From an uncultured Burkholderiaceae bacterium (lineage in GTDB: Bacteria > Pseudomonadota > Gammaproteobacteria > Burkholderiales > Burkholderiaceae_C), in contig CAZAIW010000001.1 of NCBI GenBank assembly GCA_964485285.1, positions 306 through 45,097 of the forward strand: a stretch of DNA of 44,792 nt, in the 5' to 3' direction. The position numbers were made by a program, and so were the translations under genes. Below the pieces are notes generated by a model that was not told the DNA's origin, made no database searches, and saw only the letters and a program-made list of their open reading frames with translations. The stretch's first letter is position 1. Every line of letters starts with the position of its first letter. This document shows, piece after piece, positions 20,967 through 31,478 of this stretch.

Positions 20967-23184
20967 CCTTCAACCGCCAAGCATGCAAGAGCGGCTCGGT
21001 ATAGCCACTTGGCTGCTCCAGCCCTTTAAACACCAAATCAGTCGCGGCTTTGTACGCCATTGAGGTGGCAAAGTTACCCGCCATCGGCTTGTAGAGCGGA
21101 TCGCCCGCGTTTTGTCCATCCACCACCGCAGCCATGCGCTCAAAGCTGGCGCGGACTTCGGTCTCAGTCACCACGCCGTGCAGCAGCCAGTTGGCGATGT
21201 GTTGGCTGGAGATGCGCAGTGTGGCGCGATCTTCCATCAAGCCAACATTGTGGATGTCGGGCACTTTGGAGCAACCCACGCCTTGGTCGATCCAGCGCAC
21301 CACATAGCCCAAAATGCCTTGGCAGTTGTTGTCGATCTCTTGCTGTTTATCAGCCGCCGTCCAGCTGGCTTGCACATCGGCAGGCGCTACGGGAATTTGC
21401 AAAATGTCGCCGAGCATGCTATCCAGCAAGGCGGGCGCAGTTGCGCTCTTGGCCTCGCGTTCCATTTCAAGCTGAATGCCCGCGACGCTCACTTGGTGAT
21501 AGTGCAGCGCGTGCAGCGTTGCCGCTGTGGGGCTGGGCACCCATGCGGTATTGGCTCCTGCCAGCGGATGCGCCTTTTTTTGCTCCAACATGGCGGCCAT
21601 CAGGTCGGGCATCGCCCACATGCCTTTGCCGATTTGAGCGCGTCCGCGCAAACCGCACATCAAGCCCGACAGCACGTTCGATTTTTCATACGCCGCGATC
21701 CACTTCGTGCCCTTCATAGCGGCTTTGCGCAGCATGGCGCCTGCGTACATGGCGGTGTGCATCTCATCGCCTGTGCGGTCTAAGAACCCTGTATTAATGA
21801 AGGCGACGCGCGCACCTGCGGCAGCAATGCAGGCTTTCAAGTTCACGCTGGTGCGGCGCTCTTCGTCCATGATGCCCAGTTTCACTGTGTCCGCTGGCAA
21901 GCCCAGCATGGCTTCGACACGACCAAACAGTTCCGCCGCAAACGCTACCTCGGCGGGGCCGTGCATTTTGGGTTTAACGATGTAGATGGAGCCTGTGCGC
22001 GAGTTACGGATTTGATCGGGTGTGCGCTTGAGGTCATGCATGGCAATCGCCACGGTGATCACCGCGTCCATGATGCCTTCTGGGATTTCTTGGCCATCGG
22101 CCATCAAGATGGCAGGGTTGCTCATCAAGTGCCCGACGTTGCGCACAAACATGAGCGAGCGGCCGTGTAGCGTAACCTTGCCGCCATTTTTGCTTGTGTA
22201 GACGCGGTCTGCATTCAACGAGCGGGTGATGGTTTTGCCGTTCTTTTCTAGTTTTTCGGACAGCGTGCCTTGCAAAATGCCGAGCCAGTTGTCATACGCC
22301 ACAACCTTGTCGTCGGCATCCACAACGGCAACAGAGTCTTCCAAGTCCATGATGGTGGAGAGCGCCGCTTCTAGCACCACATCGCTCACGCCGGCTGCAT
22401 CGGATTGACCAATCGCAGTCGTGCGGTCAATTTGGATGTCGATATGACTGCCGTTGTTCACCAGCAAGATGGACGCTGGCGATGCTGCGTCGCCCGTGTA
22501 GCCCACAAATTGCGCTGGATTGGCTAATTCTGCCGATGTGCCGCCCAGCAAAGCCACGACCAGCTTGCCCTCCAGCACGGTATAGCGTGCAGCCTGCGCG
22601 TGGCTTGATCCCCCAGCCAGTGGGGCTGCTTGGTCAAGAAAGCTGCGCGCAAACGCGATGACCTTTGCGCCTCGCACAGGGTTGTAGCCCTTGCCATCCG
22701 CGCCCACTTTGGTGGCACCATCCGTCTCGGGTAATGCGTCTGTACCGTAGAGCGCGTCGTAGAGTGAACCCCAGCGAGCGTTGGCGGCATTCAGTGCATA
22801 ACGCGCATTCAAAATCGGCACGACCAATTGCGGGCCGGCTTGCACGGCAAGTTCAGCATCCACGTTTTTGGTTGTGGCGGTCACGCTAGCGGGCACGGGC
22901 ACAAGGTAGCCAATGTCAGTCAAAAATTGACGGTACGCCGCCATGTCTTGAATCGCGCCCGGATGCGCTTTGTGCCAAGCGTCTTGCAGTGTTTGCAGTC
23001 GATCACGTTCAGCCAGCAGCGCGGCGTTTTTCGGTGCGAGGTCGCGCACGATCTCATCAAAGCCACGCCAAAACTGCTCTTGGGTCACGCCCGTACCGGG
23101 CAGCACTTTGGTCTCGATAAATTGATGCAAATTCGTGGCAACTTGCAAACCGCCGGCTTGCGTGCGCGTTGTGGTGGTGGTCAT
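20947..23184 (-). CDS. glcB: malate synthase G
   Basis: A 745-aa protein with an MSG-type N-terminus [22 protein letters not shown] and conserved blocks ([59 protein letters not shown]). AGGAG lies 6 nt upstream of the ATG. Confidence 0.95.
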   Translation of the reverse strand: MTTTTTRTQAGGLQVATNLHQFIETKVLPGTGVTQEQFWRGFDEIVRDLAPKNAALLAERDRLQTLQDAWHKAHPGAIQDMAAYRQFLTDIGYLVPVPASVTATTKNVDAELAVQAGPQLVVPILNARYALNAANARWGSLYDALYGTDALPETDGATKVGADGKGYNPVRGAKVIAFARSFLDQAAPLAGGSSHAQAARYTVLEGKLVVALLGGTSAELANPAQFVGYTGDAASPASILLVNNGSHIDIQIDRTTAIGQSDAAGVSDVVLEAALSTIMDLEDSVAVVDADDKVVAYDNWLGILQGTLSEKLEKNGKTITRSLNADRVYTSKNGGKVTLHGRSLMFVRNVGHLMSNPAILMADGQEIPEGIMDAVITVAIAMHDLKRTPDQIRNSRTGSIYIVKPKMHGPAEVAFAAELFGRVEAMLGLPADTVKLGIMDEERRTSVNLKACIAAAGARVAFINTGFLDRTGDEMHTAMYAGAMLRKAAMKGTKWIAAYEKSNVLSGLMCGLRGRAQIGKGMWAMPDLMAAMLEQKKAHPLAGANTAWVPSPTAATLHALHYHQVSVAGIQLEMEREAKSATAPALLDSMLGDILQIPVAPADVQASWTAADKQQEIDNNCQGILGYVVRWIDQGVGCSKVPDIHNVGLMEDRATLRISSQHIANWLLHGVVTETEVRASFERMAAVVDGQNAGDPLYKPMAGNFATSMAYKAATDLVFKGLEQPSGYTEPLLHAWRLKVKAAAH

Positions 23185-23286
23185 GTGGAACTCCTAAACA
23201 TTCTAAAGCTGTAACTGTATTACAAACATCAAAGGCTATTGTTTTCAAAATTAGAATGGTATTCCTTATTTTTTAGTTACCAATTT

Positions 23287-24222
23287 ATGGACAAACTCAA
23301 GCAAATCGAAGCCTTTGTCGCCGTTGCCGCTCGCGGCGGACTGACGGCCGCAGCCGCGCACTTGCATACTGCGCCCATCATGGTGGGGCGGCGCTTAGAT
23401 GCCCTAGAGGAGCGCCTCGGTGTCAAACTGCTTTTGCGCACCACGCGGCGCGTCAGCTTGACCAACGAAGGCTCGGCCTACTTAGAAGACTGCCAGCGCC
23501 TGCTGGCTGACCTGGCCGCCGCCGAAGCCAGCGTCAGCGCGGGCGGCGTTCGCGCCAGCGGACACCTACGCATCACCGCACCGGCGGGCTTTGGCCGCAA
23601 ACACGTCGCGCCTCTGGTGGCCGAGTTCCACTTGGCGCACCCCGAGGTCACGCTCTCGCTCAACCTATCCGACCGCATTGTGGACATGATCGGCGAGGGC
23701 TTTGATTGCAGCGTGCGCGTGGGCGATATGCCCAGCTCGTCGCTCGTTTGCGTTCGACTAGCCGACAACCGGCGACTGTGCGTGGCCACCAAACGCTACT
23801 TAGCACGCCACGGCACACCCCAAACGCCGGACGAGCTACACCAACATGCGTGCCTGACCCTGTCGTCGGACGCTTCGCAAACACGCGGCTGGGCATTCAA
23901 AATCAATCCCAAAGACAAAAGCACCGATGCCGCCAACGTCCAATACATGAGGCCTAGCGGGCCACTCGATTGCTCGGACGGGCAAGTGTTACACGCTTGG
24001 TGCTTGGCCGACTACGGCATCGCATGGCGCAGCGTCTGGGAAGTGCAAAGCGACATCCGAGCCGGCAAACTGGTCACGCTGCTGGACGACTACGCCGCCG
24101 CACCCAACGGCATTTACGCCGTATACGCCCAGCGCAAACACATGCCGCTGCGGCTACAGTTGTGGATCAATTTTTTGCGGCATCATTACAGCCTTGCCTC
24201 TTACTGGAGAAAAACCTCATGA
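23287..24222 (+). CDS. LysR-family transcriptional regulator
   Basis: Has the HTH segment MDKLKQIEAFVAVAARGGLTAAAAHLHTAPIMVGRRLDALEERLGVKLLLRTTRR. Divergent from glcB. The stop overlaps the next start (ATGA). Confidence 0.85.
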   Translation: MDKLKQIEAFVAVAARGGLTAAAAHLHTAPIMVGRRLDALEERLGVKLLLRTTRRVSLTNEGSAYLEDCQRLLADLAAAEASVSAGGVRASGHLRITAPAGFGRKHVAPLVAEFHLAHPEVTLSLNLSDRIVDMIGEGFDCSVRVGDMPSSSLVCVRLADNRRLCVATKRYLARHGTPQTPDELHQHACLTLSSDASQTRGWAFKINPKDKSTDAANVQYMRPSGPLDCSDGQVLHAWCLADYGIAWRSVWEVQSDIRAGKLVTLLDDYAAAPNGIYAVYAQRKHMPLRLQLWINFLRHHYSLASYWRKTS

Positions 24223-24728
24223 GCCACAGCACCGCCTGCGCCACCTCCATCACGCCGCCCCCACTGCGGCATATCTGGACATTTGAGGTGAGCGTCACAC
24301 CACCCATCGAAGCGGGCAGCGTGGTCGGTTTGAACTCGCGCGGACAGCGCCGCATCATCCCCATTACAGGTGGCACCGTGACCAGTCACATCGCCCAATT
24401 GCCCGGCGGAAAAGTGGTGAATGCGGGGGCGGATTTCCAAATCGTGGTGAGTGACACCTGCGCCGATTTAGATGCCCGCTACATGCTGGTGCTAGACGAT
24501 GGGTCGCACATCTACGTGGTCAATCGCGCACTGCGACGTGGCTCCAAAGAAGATGTAGCGGCTTTGGTTCGCGGTGAACGTGTCGATCCTGCGCGGATTT
24601 ACTTTCGATGCGTCCCGCGCTTCGAGGTGGAGAGCAGCCGCCACCAGTGGCTCACCGAATCCATTTTTATTGGTACGGGCGAACGCGCACCGCATGGTGT
24701 CACGATTCGAATTTTTGAGGTTTTATAG
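24219..24728 (+). CDS. DUF3237 (UPF0311) family protein
   Basis: 169 aa. IPITGGTVTS...GADFQIV...LDARYMLVLDDGSHIYVVN...YFRCVPRFE fits my recollection of DUF3237. Needs HMM confirmation. Confidence 0.55.
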   Translation: MSHSTACATSITPPPLRHIWTFEVSVTPPIEAGSVVGLNSRGQRRIIPITGGTVTSHIAQLPGGKVVNAGADFQIVVSDTCADLDARYMLVLDDGSHIYVVNRALRRGSKEDVAALVRGERVDPARIYFRCVPRFEVESSRHQWLTESIFIGTGERAPHGVTIRIFEVL

Positions 24729-24749
24729 CCTAGGGGGGTGCACAGAGCC

Positions 24750-25262
24750 CTACTGCTTCGCAGCCTCTTTGGCTTCTTTGAGCAGCTTAGTCTTGATCCT
24801 TCCGCGCTTGAGCGGCGACAAATACTCCACATAAACCTTGCCAATTAAGTGATCCATCTCGTGCTGGATGCACACGGCTTGCAGCTCAGTCGCTTCAATT
24901 TTGTAGGTGTGTCCCAGCTCGTTCTCGCACTCAATATGGATTTCGGCAAAACGCTCGACATCGCCCGAAAACCCCGGCACGGATAGGCAGCCCTCGTCAC
25001 CGATCACCTTCTCATCACTCATCCACACCACACGCGGGTTGATGACCACCAGCGGCTCGTTGCGCTCCTCGCTCACGTCCATCACCAGCACACGTTCGTG
25101 CACGTCAACTTGCGTGGCGGCAAGACCAACGCCCTTGGCTTCGTACATCGTCTCCAGCATATCGGCCGCCAAGCGCCGGACGCGCTCATCAATGTGCGCG
25201 ACGGGCTTGGCTACTTTGTGCAAGCGGGGATCAGGATAGGTGAGAATGTTGAGTAATGCCAT
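24750..25262 (-). CDS. def: peptide deformylase
   Basis: All three Def motifs are present: [23 protein letters not shown]. Confidence 0.95.
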   Translation of the reverse strand: MALLNILTYPDPRLHKVAKPVAHIDERVRRLAADMLETMYEAKGVGLAATQVDVHERVLVMDVSEERNEPLVVINPRVVWMSDEKVIGDEGCLSVPGFSGDVERFAEIHIECENELGHTYKIEATELQAVCIQHEMDHLIGKVYVEYLSPLKRGRIKTKLLKEAKEAAKQ

Positions 25263-25285
25263 TGCTTTATTTTATTTGACCCCTA

Positions 25286-26472
25286 TGGAACACGACGAAC
25301 ACCATGACCCAGACGAACTATTGGCTTGGTTGCGCCTTTTTCTGACCGATGGCGTGGGCAACATCGCCGCCCGCAAATTGCTGGGGACGTTTGGCCTACC
25401 CAGCAGCATCTTTGTTCAGTCGCGCGCCGCCTTGACGCAAGTCGTCACCGAACGGCAAGCCTCATCCCTATTGACTCCGCCTGACGCGCTGACCCAGCAA
25501 ATGGCGCTGTGCCGCGCATGGCTGGCGCACGACAAAGCCAACCGCCGCATCGTAACGCTGGGCGATGCGCTCTATCCACCCGCGCTACTAGATTTGCCCG
25601 ATCCGCCTTTGCTGCTATGGCTGCTAGGCCGAATCGATTGGCTCACCCCAAGCGGCTGGCCAGCAGCCATCAGCATGGTGGGTAGCCGCAACCCCACGCA
25701 GCAAGGCGACAAAAACGCTTTTGCCTTCGCCCAAAGTTTTGTAGAGGCGGGGCTGTGCGTGGTCTCGGGGCTTGCGCTGGGGATTGATGCCGCCGCGCAC
25801 TCGGGTGCGCTGCACGCGCATGACCCCAAGAGCCCACACGATTCGTTACTCACCATCGCGGTGGTTGGCACAGGGCTAGACCGCGTGTATCCCAAGCAAA
25901 ACCTAGAGCTGGCGCACCGCATTGCCGACCACGGTTTGATGTTGTCGGAGTTTCCACTGGGCTCGCCGCCCACGTCGGCCAATTTTCCTAAGCGCAATCG
26001 CCTGATCGCTGCGCTAGGTCTGGGCACCTTGGTAGTGGAGGCCGCTTTGCAGTCGGGTTCACTCATCACCGCACGCGAAAGCGCCGAGCTGGGCAAGGAT
26101 GTTTTTGCCATCCCCGGCTCTATCCATGCCGCACAATCGAAAGGCTGCCACACCCTGATTAAGCAAGGCGCCAAGTTGGTGGAGTCGGCCTCCGATGTGC
26201 TGGAGGAACTGCGCATCACCGCGCCGCAGGCATCGCCACCTAGCCCCAACGAATCACGCGCCGCACCACCCGGCCCCAGCTTGCCGGGCATGGCTGCGGC
26301 TCACGCCGATCACCCTACCGTCAAAGCCATGGGACTAGACCCCGTGAGCTTTGATGCGCTGCAAGCACGCCTAGGCGTAGAGGTAAGCGCTTTGCAAGTG
26401 CAACTGCTGGAGCTAGAGCTGGCAGGCGTCATCCTGCGCGTGCCAGGTGGCCTTTATCAAGTCGTCCTGTGA
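25286..26472 (+). CDS. dprA: DNA-processing protein DprA (Smf)
   Basis: Carries ELLAWLRLFLTDGVGNIAARKLL and the Rossmann-like core VGSRNPT...VSGLALGIDAAAH...VVGTGLDRVYP...FPKRNRLIAAL...SGSLITA. Divergent from def, as in E. coli smf/def. Confidence 0.9.
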
Positions 26473-26487
26473 GGGCGAACGGGTCAT

Positions 26488-28566
26488 TTAAAAACTGAAT
26501 TGCACACCAAGCCTGAGCGTGCGCCCCGGCAAGGGCACGCGGCCGGGTGCGGTTTGCGTCAAGATGCTGGTGGCCGGATACGCCATAGCATTGCTCGCGT
26601 TATCCAACTTGGCAAACCACAGCGCTTGGGTCTGCTTGGCTCTTTGTTCGTAGCTAAAGCCCAGCGTCCACAGGGTGTAGCCCGCTGTGACCGGCTGATC
26701 GGCCGCTACACGGTTTTGCGCGGCGCTGCGATCAGCGCCCAGTGTCCACTTGGCCGCGCCTTGTGCGAGCGTCCAGTCAAGCCCCGTTCGCGTGGGTGCG
26801 ATCCGCGCAAGCGGTGTGCCCGTGGCTTGCTCTGTGGCCTGCACCGACGACATGCGCAGCGCCACATCGACCGAACGCGGCTGCCCCGGGGAGGCCTGTA
26901 CCAAGCGCGTGCGTCCCGTCCACTCCCAACCTGAAAAGTGCACCGCAGCAGCTGCAAACTGAAAAATCGGCGTGCCTTGCGTGCTGGTTTGCCCGGTTGA
27001 TTGCAGCATCAGGTAGTTGTCATAACGGGTGCGAAAGATGCTCAGACTGGCCTTATCAAACCGACGCTCTCCTTGCCACTGAAGCCCTATCTCTTGGTGC
27101 GTGGAGCGCTCCACGGGCAAGTGCGCATTGCCCCGCTCGTAAGCGCCCGTGGCAGCATGATTGCCGTTGGCGTAGAGCTCGTAGTCTTTGGGGATGCGCC
27201 CGGTGCGAGCCAGATCGGCCGTTGCTGTCAACCCCGGCACGACTTGATTGAGCTTAAATAACCCACCCAGCGCATAGCTACTGGCCGACAGACTGCGCTG
27301 CGCAGGCGTGAAGTTCGCATCGCCCTCAATGCCCAGCGAGTTCACGTCGGCTCGCTCCATCCTCAGCCCCGCGCTGAGCTTGCCCCAGTCATGGTGCAGC
27401 TCTTGCAAGCCATACAGCGCCTGCGTTTGCGTGAGGGTACGCGGCATGAACGTCTCGCTGCCTTGGGCGCTCAAGTTCACCGATTCGCGCTGCCAACCCA
27501 GCGCGGTTTTCACCTCGCCCGCGCCCAGTTTCAGCGGTGCTAGCTTCGCTTGCAGCTTGCCATCCATGCCCGTGCTTTTAAAGGTGGTCGCCACCTCGCC
27601 TTCGGCCAACTCGCGGTGCTGATAACTGTGACTGACGATGTGACCCGACACGCTTTGAATGAGGCCGCCCATCCAGTGCAAAGCTCGTTTCTCGCCCTCT
27701 AAGCGGTACGAGGCGTTTTCCATGTTGATGCCAACATCCGCTTCGGCTGGCGAGCCATATTGCTGGCGCGTGCGCTGCACCGAAGCGCCCAAATAACCTT
27801 GATCGAAGAACACCGAGCCGCCCATCGCACCGCCCGCTGTATCGGCCTGCGTGTTGCAGATTTTGTTTTGTATGCGCGTCACGCCGTTTTGCGTGCACTG
27901 CAAGGGCAAGGGCGCATTCACCTCGCCGGTTTTATTACCAAAAGCGTCTAGGTGCAGCGCAAACCGATCGTCTCCGGTCTCGATCATGGCCACGCCCATG
28001 CGCTCTTGGCCAGCGCCGGCAAGCCCCATACGTACCTTGCCAAGCTGACCGCCCTTTTCGTCAAATAAGGCTTGCTTGGCGATGCGGCTGTCCAGCATAT
28101 TGACCACCCCGCCCGCCCCAGAGCCTCCGTACATCAAGGCGGCCGGGCCACGCACCACCTCCACGCGCTCCATCGCCAGCGGGCTACTTGCCACGGCATG
28201 GTCGTAACTCAACCCCGACACGTCATTGAGCGCCGCTCCGTTGTTCAAGATACGGATGCGATCACCATCGAGTCCGCGAATGATCGGGCGCGAGGCCGTA
28301 CTACCAAAATAAGAACTGCTCACACCCACCAAGCCCGACAGCGTCTGACCCAGTCCGCCGGTTGGGCTTTGCAGCAAGGCCTCGCCCTCCAAGCGATCAA
28401 CCGACGCGCCAAGCTGTGTCGATGGAGACGAAGGTGCCGTTACCACCACTTCGGGCAACTCGGAAGGGGTGACACTTTGCGCCAACGCCAAATGGAGCGG
28501 GGCAGCCAGCCACATCAGCCCCAGCGGGGCAACGCGGCGAGAGAATAGGGAAGCAGGGCAAAGCAT
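26488..28566 (-). CDS. TonB-dependent outer-membrane receptor
   Basis: Has a signal peptide, a plug region (PEVVVTA...RPIIRGLDGDRIRILNNG...RVEVVRGPAALMYG) and a C-terminal beta-barrel ending in ...LGVQFSF. Divergent from the DUF2946 ORF, so a copper-type (OprC/NosA-like) role is inferred from context only. Confidence 0.85.
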   Translation of the reverse strand: MLCPASLFSRRVAPLGLMWLAAPLHLALAQSVTPSELPEVVVTAPSSPSTQLGASVDRLEGEALLQSPTGGLGQTLSGLVGVSSSYFGSTASRPIIRGLDGDRIRILNNGAALNDVSGLSYDHAVASSPLAMERVEVVRGPAALMYGGSGAGGVVNMLDSRIAKQALFDEKGGQLGKVRMGLAGAGQERMGVAMIETGDDRFALHLDAFGNKTGEVNAPLPLQCTQNGVTRIQNKICNTQADTAGGAMGGSVFFDQGYLGASVQRTRQQYGSPAEADVGINMENASYRLEGEKRALHWMGGLIQSVSGHIVSHSYQHRELAEGEVATTFKSTGMDGKLQAKLAPLKLGAGEVKTALGWQRESVNLSAQGSETFMPRTLTQTQALYGLQELHHDWGKLSAGLRMERADVNSLGIEGDANFTPAQRSLSASSYALGGLFKLNQVVPGLTATADLARTGRIPKDYELYANGNHAATGAYERGNAHLPVERSTHQEIGLQWQGERRFDKASLSIFRTRYDNYLMLQSTGQTSTQGTPIFQFAAAAVHFSGWEWTGRTRLVQASPGQPRSVDVALRMSSVQATEQATGTPLARIAPTRTGLDWTLAQGAAKWTLGADRSAAQNRVAADQPVTAGYTLWTLGFSYEQRAKQTQALWFAKLDNASNAMAYPATSILTQTAPGRVPLPGRTLRLGVQFSF

Positions 28567-28632
28567 AGGGCGCTGATCATAGTGCCCGCCACCCTAAGCG
28601 CTGGTGCACCCCGCATAAAATCAGCCTCTACC

Positions 28633-29040
28633 ATGCACCGCCCCACTTCGTCACTGCTCGCACTTTTGCACTTTTGTCGCCACTCCAACCGATTGATTCA
28701 GTCGGTGCTGCTGGCGTTTGTGCTCAGCCTTGGCGTGGCGGCGGCCACGCCTGCGGTGCAAGCCGCCCAGCTCTCACCAGACCAGCAAATGATTTGCGTG
28801 GGCACAGGCGGCATGAAGGTCATCACCCTTGCTGCGGATGGTTCTGTACAAGATATTCAAACCACGCATAGCCTGGACTGCCCGCTGTGCGTGGCTTTGC
28901 AGGCACTTGCGCCCACAAGCCAATCCCCACTTGGCCTACCAGACACCCCCTTTCAAAAAATAGTCCACCGACACGCAGCGCCCTGCGCGCCAACGGCAGC
29001 GCAGCTACCGCCTGCGCGGGCACCACCGCAAGCCTCTTAA
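28633..29040 (+). CDS. DUF2946 family protein (CxxC-containing; candidate regulatory upstream ORF)
   Basis: 135 aa. Has a hydrophobic N-terminal segment LIQSVLLAFVLSLGVAAATPAVQA, then ICVGTGGMKV and SLDCPLCVAL. This architecture, and the position in front of a TonB-dependent receptor, are typical of DUF2946. Confidence 0.65.
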   Translation: MHRPTSSLLALLHFCRHSNRLIQSVLLAFVLSLGVAAATPAVQAAQLSPDQQMICVGTGGMKVITLAADGSVQDIQTTHSLDCPLCVALQALAPTSQSPLGLPDTPFQKIVHRHAAPCAPTAAQLPPARAPPQAS

Positions 29041-29057
29041 AAAAACCGCTCCAACTT

Positions 29058-29100
29058 GGCGCAACCCGCGATGGGTTGCGCCCTTCGTTTTTGTTTTTTT
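29058..29100 (+). terminator. strong Rho-independent terminator/attenuator between the DUF2946 ORF and the receptor gene
   Basis: GGCGCAACCC (29058-29067), loop GCGAT, GGGTTGCGCC (29073-29082): a perfect 10-bp stem. It is followed by CTTCGTTTTTGTTTTTTT. It starts 18 nt after the DUF2946 stop and ends 9 nt before the receptor ATG. Confidence 0.8.
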
Positions 29101-29109
29101 AGGATTGCC

Positions 29110-31458
29110 ATGAAAAAATTATTGTCAGCTGGCGCTTGGTCGCTAGCCGCCTCCTGCCTTTGTTTAGGTGTGTGGGCCCAAGAGATCAAGGATTTGGGAA
29201 CCATCACCGTGACCTCTGGACGCCCCACATCGCTGCCCAGTCAAATTCCCACCACCCTAGAGGGCGTGAAAGCCGAGCAAATCGCTCAGTCCATCAACGC
29301 CACCGATAGCGAAGACACGCTGAAGTACTTGCCCAGCCTGCTCATTCGCAAACGCTACATCGGGGACTACAACCATGCCGTGCTCGCCTCCCGCGCGTCG
29401 GGCACCAACAACTCGGCGCGATCTGCCGTTTATGCCGACGGCATCTTGCTGTCTAACTACTTGGGCAATGGTGCCACTTACGCGCCGCGCTGGGGCATGG
29501 TGACACCGGAAGAGATTGAGCGCGTCGATGTGCTGTATGGCCCATTTTCTGCCGCCTATCCCGGCAATTCGGTCGGCGCTATTGTGGACTACCAAACCAA
29601 AATGCCAACCGCTTACGAGGCACACGGCAAGATCGGCTATGCCTCAGCGCCTTTTAAGTTGTACGGCACCGACACCACCACATCGGCCAAGCAAGCCAGT
29701 GTTTCGGTTGGCAACAAAAGCGGCGACTGGGCTTGGTGGATGGACTTTAGCCGCCAAAGCAGCAAGAGCCAACCACTGATGTTTGTCACCAAAGTGGCTT
29801 GTAGCGTCAGCAATGTCACGGGCTGCGCGAATGCGGCAACGCCCGTCAATGGGGCAACGCCTGCGCTGTCGCCCACGGGTGCGCCGCAGATGATTTTTGG
29901 CACCACCACCAGCTACGACACCACGCAAGATCACGCCAAAATCAAGTTGGCGTATGACTTCTCTAGCACGCTCAAAGCCACATACAGCCTAGGTTATTGG
30001 CAAAACCAATCCGCAGGCAGGCCCAGCAGTTACGTCACCAACAGCGCCACTGGCGCAGCCGTCTACAGTGGCACGGTGAGCGCAGGCGGCGACAAATACG
30101 TGCTCGGCGCTAACGACTTTTCGATGAGCAACGAAGCGCTGCGCCAAATGATGCACAGCTTCTCGCTCAAGTCCAACACCAAGGAGCGCTTTGATTACGA
30201 GGTGGCGTTCAGTCAATATCGTTACGCCCAAGACGATAACCGTTCACCCAGCTCGTACTTGAATGGCGTGAATAGCGGCGCAGGCACCATCGCCAATGGT
30301 GCAGGCACAGGCTGGCGGGCGTTGGCGCTGAAAGGCACATACCGCCCCAGCGGCCTAAAGGGCACGCATATTGCCGACTTTGGCTACCAACAAGACACCT
30401 ACGCCTTGAGTCAAATCAAGTCGAACATTGCTGGTAACTGGACGACTGGCAGCGGTGGCTCGCTGGTCAACCAAGTCGGGGGCAACACCCAACTACAAAG
30501 CCTGTGGGCACAAGACACGTGGCGCATCGCCACCGATTGGAAGACCGTGCTGGGACTGCGTAGCGAGAAATGGACAGCCAGCAACGGCTTGACCAACAAC
30601 GCTGCCGTCAACCCTATCGTCAACACCGCCTACAGCACGCGCACCGAGAGCGCCCTCTCGCCCAAAGCGGCGCTGGCGTTTCAAGCCAAAGAGGATGTGG
30701 TGCTGAAAGCCTCGGTAGGCCGTGCCGTGCGCTTTCCAACCGTGCAAGAGCTATATGGCAATGTGGGAACGAGCAACTCGCAGTACATCAACGACCCGAA
30801 TTTACAGCCCGAAAAATCGGTGACCTCGGAGTGGAGTGCCGAGAAAGATGTGACCTATCAAAACGGCGGGACGGCGCTTTTGCGCACCACGGCATTTTTT
30901 GAGGACACGCGCAACTCGCTTTATTCGCAAACCACGTTTGATAGCGTATCCACCAAAAACGTGACGCGCGTCGCCAACATTGGCCGCATCAAAACGCAAG
31001 GGATAGAGCTGTCGTACCAAGGCGTGGATGTAGGGGCGCGTGGCTTGGATGTCTCTGGCAGCGTGACCTATACCGAGTCGAAAATTGTAGAAAACGCAGG
31101 CTACGTCGCCAAGCCCGGTGACACTATCGGCAGCTATCAGCCGCGCGTGCCGCTCTTTCGCGCCACAGGCTTGGTGGGCTACCGCTGGAGCGACAAGCTA
31201 AGCACCAGCATGGGCGCACGCTACAGCGGTGTGCAATACACCACGCTGAACAATACCGATGTCAATGGTTACTCGCTCACCGCCGCCAGTCGATTTTTTG
31301 TGGTGGATGCGCGGGTGCGCTACTTGCTTGCCAAATCCGCTGCCGAAGAGACCAGCCTTGCCTTTGGCATTGACAACCTGAACAACTACACCTACTGGAA
31401 CTACCACCCCTATCCGCAGCGCACGCTTCACGCCGAGCTGCGTGTGGATTGGAAATAA
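29110..31458 (+). CDS. TonB-dependent outer-membrane receptor
   Basis: Starts MKKLLSAGAWSLAASCLCLGVWAQE (signal peptide) at ATG 29110. Plug motifs are present (ITVTSGR, DTLKYLPSLLIR, RVDVLYGPFSAAYPGNSVGA), followed by a long barrel. The protein ends ...AELRVDWK, so the terminal residue is not aromatic. The track start at 29056 would include the terminator hairpin. Confidence 0.85.
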   Translation: MKKLLSAGAWSLAASCLCLGVWAQEIKDLGTITVTSGRPTSLPSQIPTTLEGVKAEQIAQSINATDSEDTLKYLPSLLIRKRYIGDYNHAVLASRASGTNNSARSAVYADGILLSNYLGNGATYAPRWGMVTPEEIERVDVLYGPFSAAYPGNSVGAIVDYQTKMPTAYEAHGKIGYASAPFKLYGTDTTTSAKQASVSVGNKSGDWAWWMDFSRQSSKSQPLMFVTKVACSVSNVTGCANAATPVNGATPALSPTGAPQMIFGTTTSYDTTQDHAKIKLAYDFSSTLKATYSLGYWQNQSAGRPSSYVTNSATGAAVYSGTVSAGGDKYVLGANDFSMSNEALRQMMHSFSLKSNTKERFDYEVAFSQYRYAQDDNRSPSSYLNGVNSGAGTIANGAGTGWRALALKGTYRPSGLKGTHIADFGYQQDTYALSQIKSNIAGNWTTGSGGSLVNQVGGNTQLQSLWAQDTWRIATDWKTVLGLRSEKWTASNGLTNNAAVNPIVNTAYSTRTESALSPKAALAFQAKEDVVLKASVGRAVRFPTVQELYGNVGTSNSQYINDPNLQPEKSVTSEWSAEKDVTYQNGGTALLRTTAFFEDTRNSLYSQTTFDSVSTKNVTRVANIGRIKTQGIELSYQGVDVGARGLDVSGSVTYTESKIVENAGYVAKPGDTIGSYQPRVPLFRATGLVGYRWSDKLSTSMGARYSGVQYTTLNNTDVNGYSLTAASRFFVVDARVRYLLAKSAAEETSLAFGIDNLNNYTYWNYHPYPQRTLHAELRVDWK

Positions 31459-31478
31459 TGTTGATAGAAAGACACATC

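Noticed and set aside
21060-21783. Two ~220-aa plus-strand ORFs inside glcB
   Set aside because: These are overlapping alternative frames of malate synthase G with an Arg/Ala/His-rich nonsense-like composition. They are shadow ORFs.
23185-23286. LysR-type T-N11-A box or GAAT-N3-ATTC inverted repeat in the glcB/LysR divergent region
   Set aside because: The region is AT-rich and several short palindromes fit loosely. I cannot single out a site without comparative data, so no regulatory feature is reported.
25572-26291. 239-aa ORF antisense to dprA
   Set aside because: Same reasoning: Ser/Ala/Pro/Cys-rich composition, no start context, and embedded in a confidently identified gene.
29056-29109. 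Longer N-terminal extensions offered by the ORF track. Examples: receptor from 29056, queA from 8878, MFS from 20174, fmt from 1402, ubiA from 13130, SDR from 43376, LysR from 23239, DUF3237 from 23970, cupin from 41151.
   Set aside because: The extensions are non-homologous and overlap upstream genes or a terminator hairpin. Internal starts reproduce the conserved family N-termini, often with a good RBS or an ATGA/GTGA coupling.
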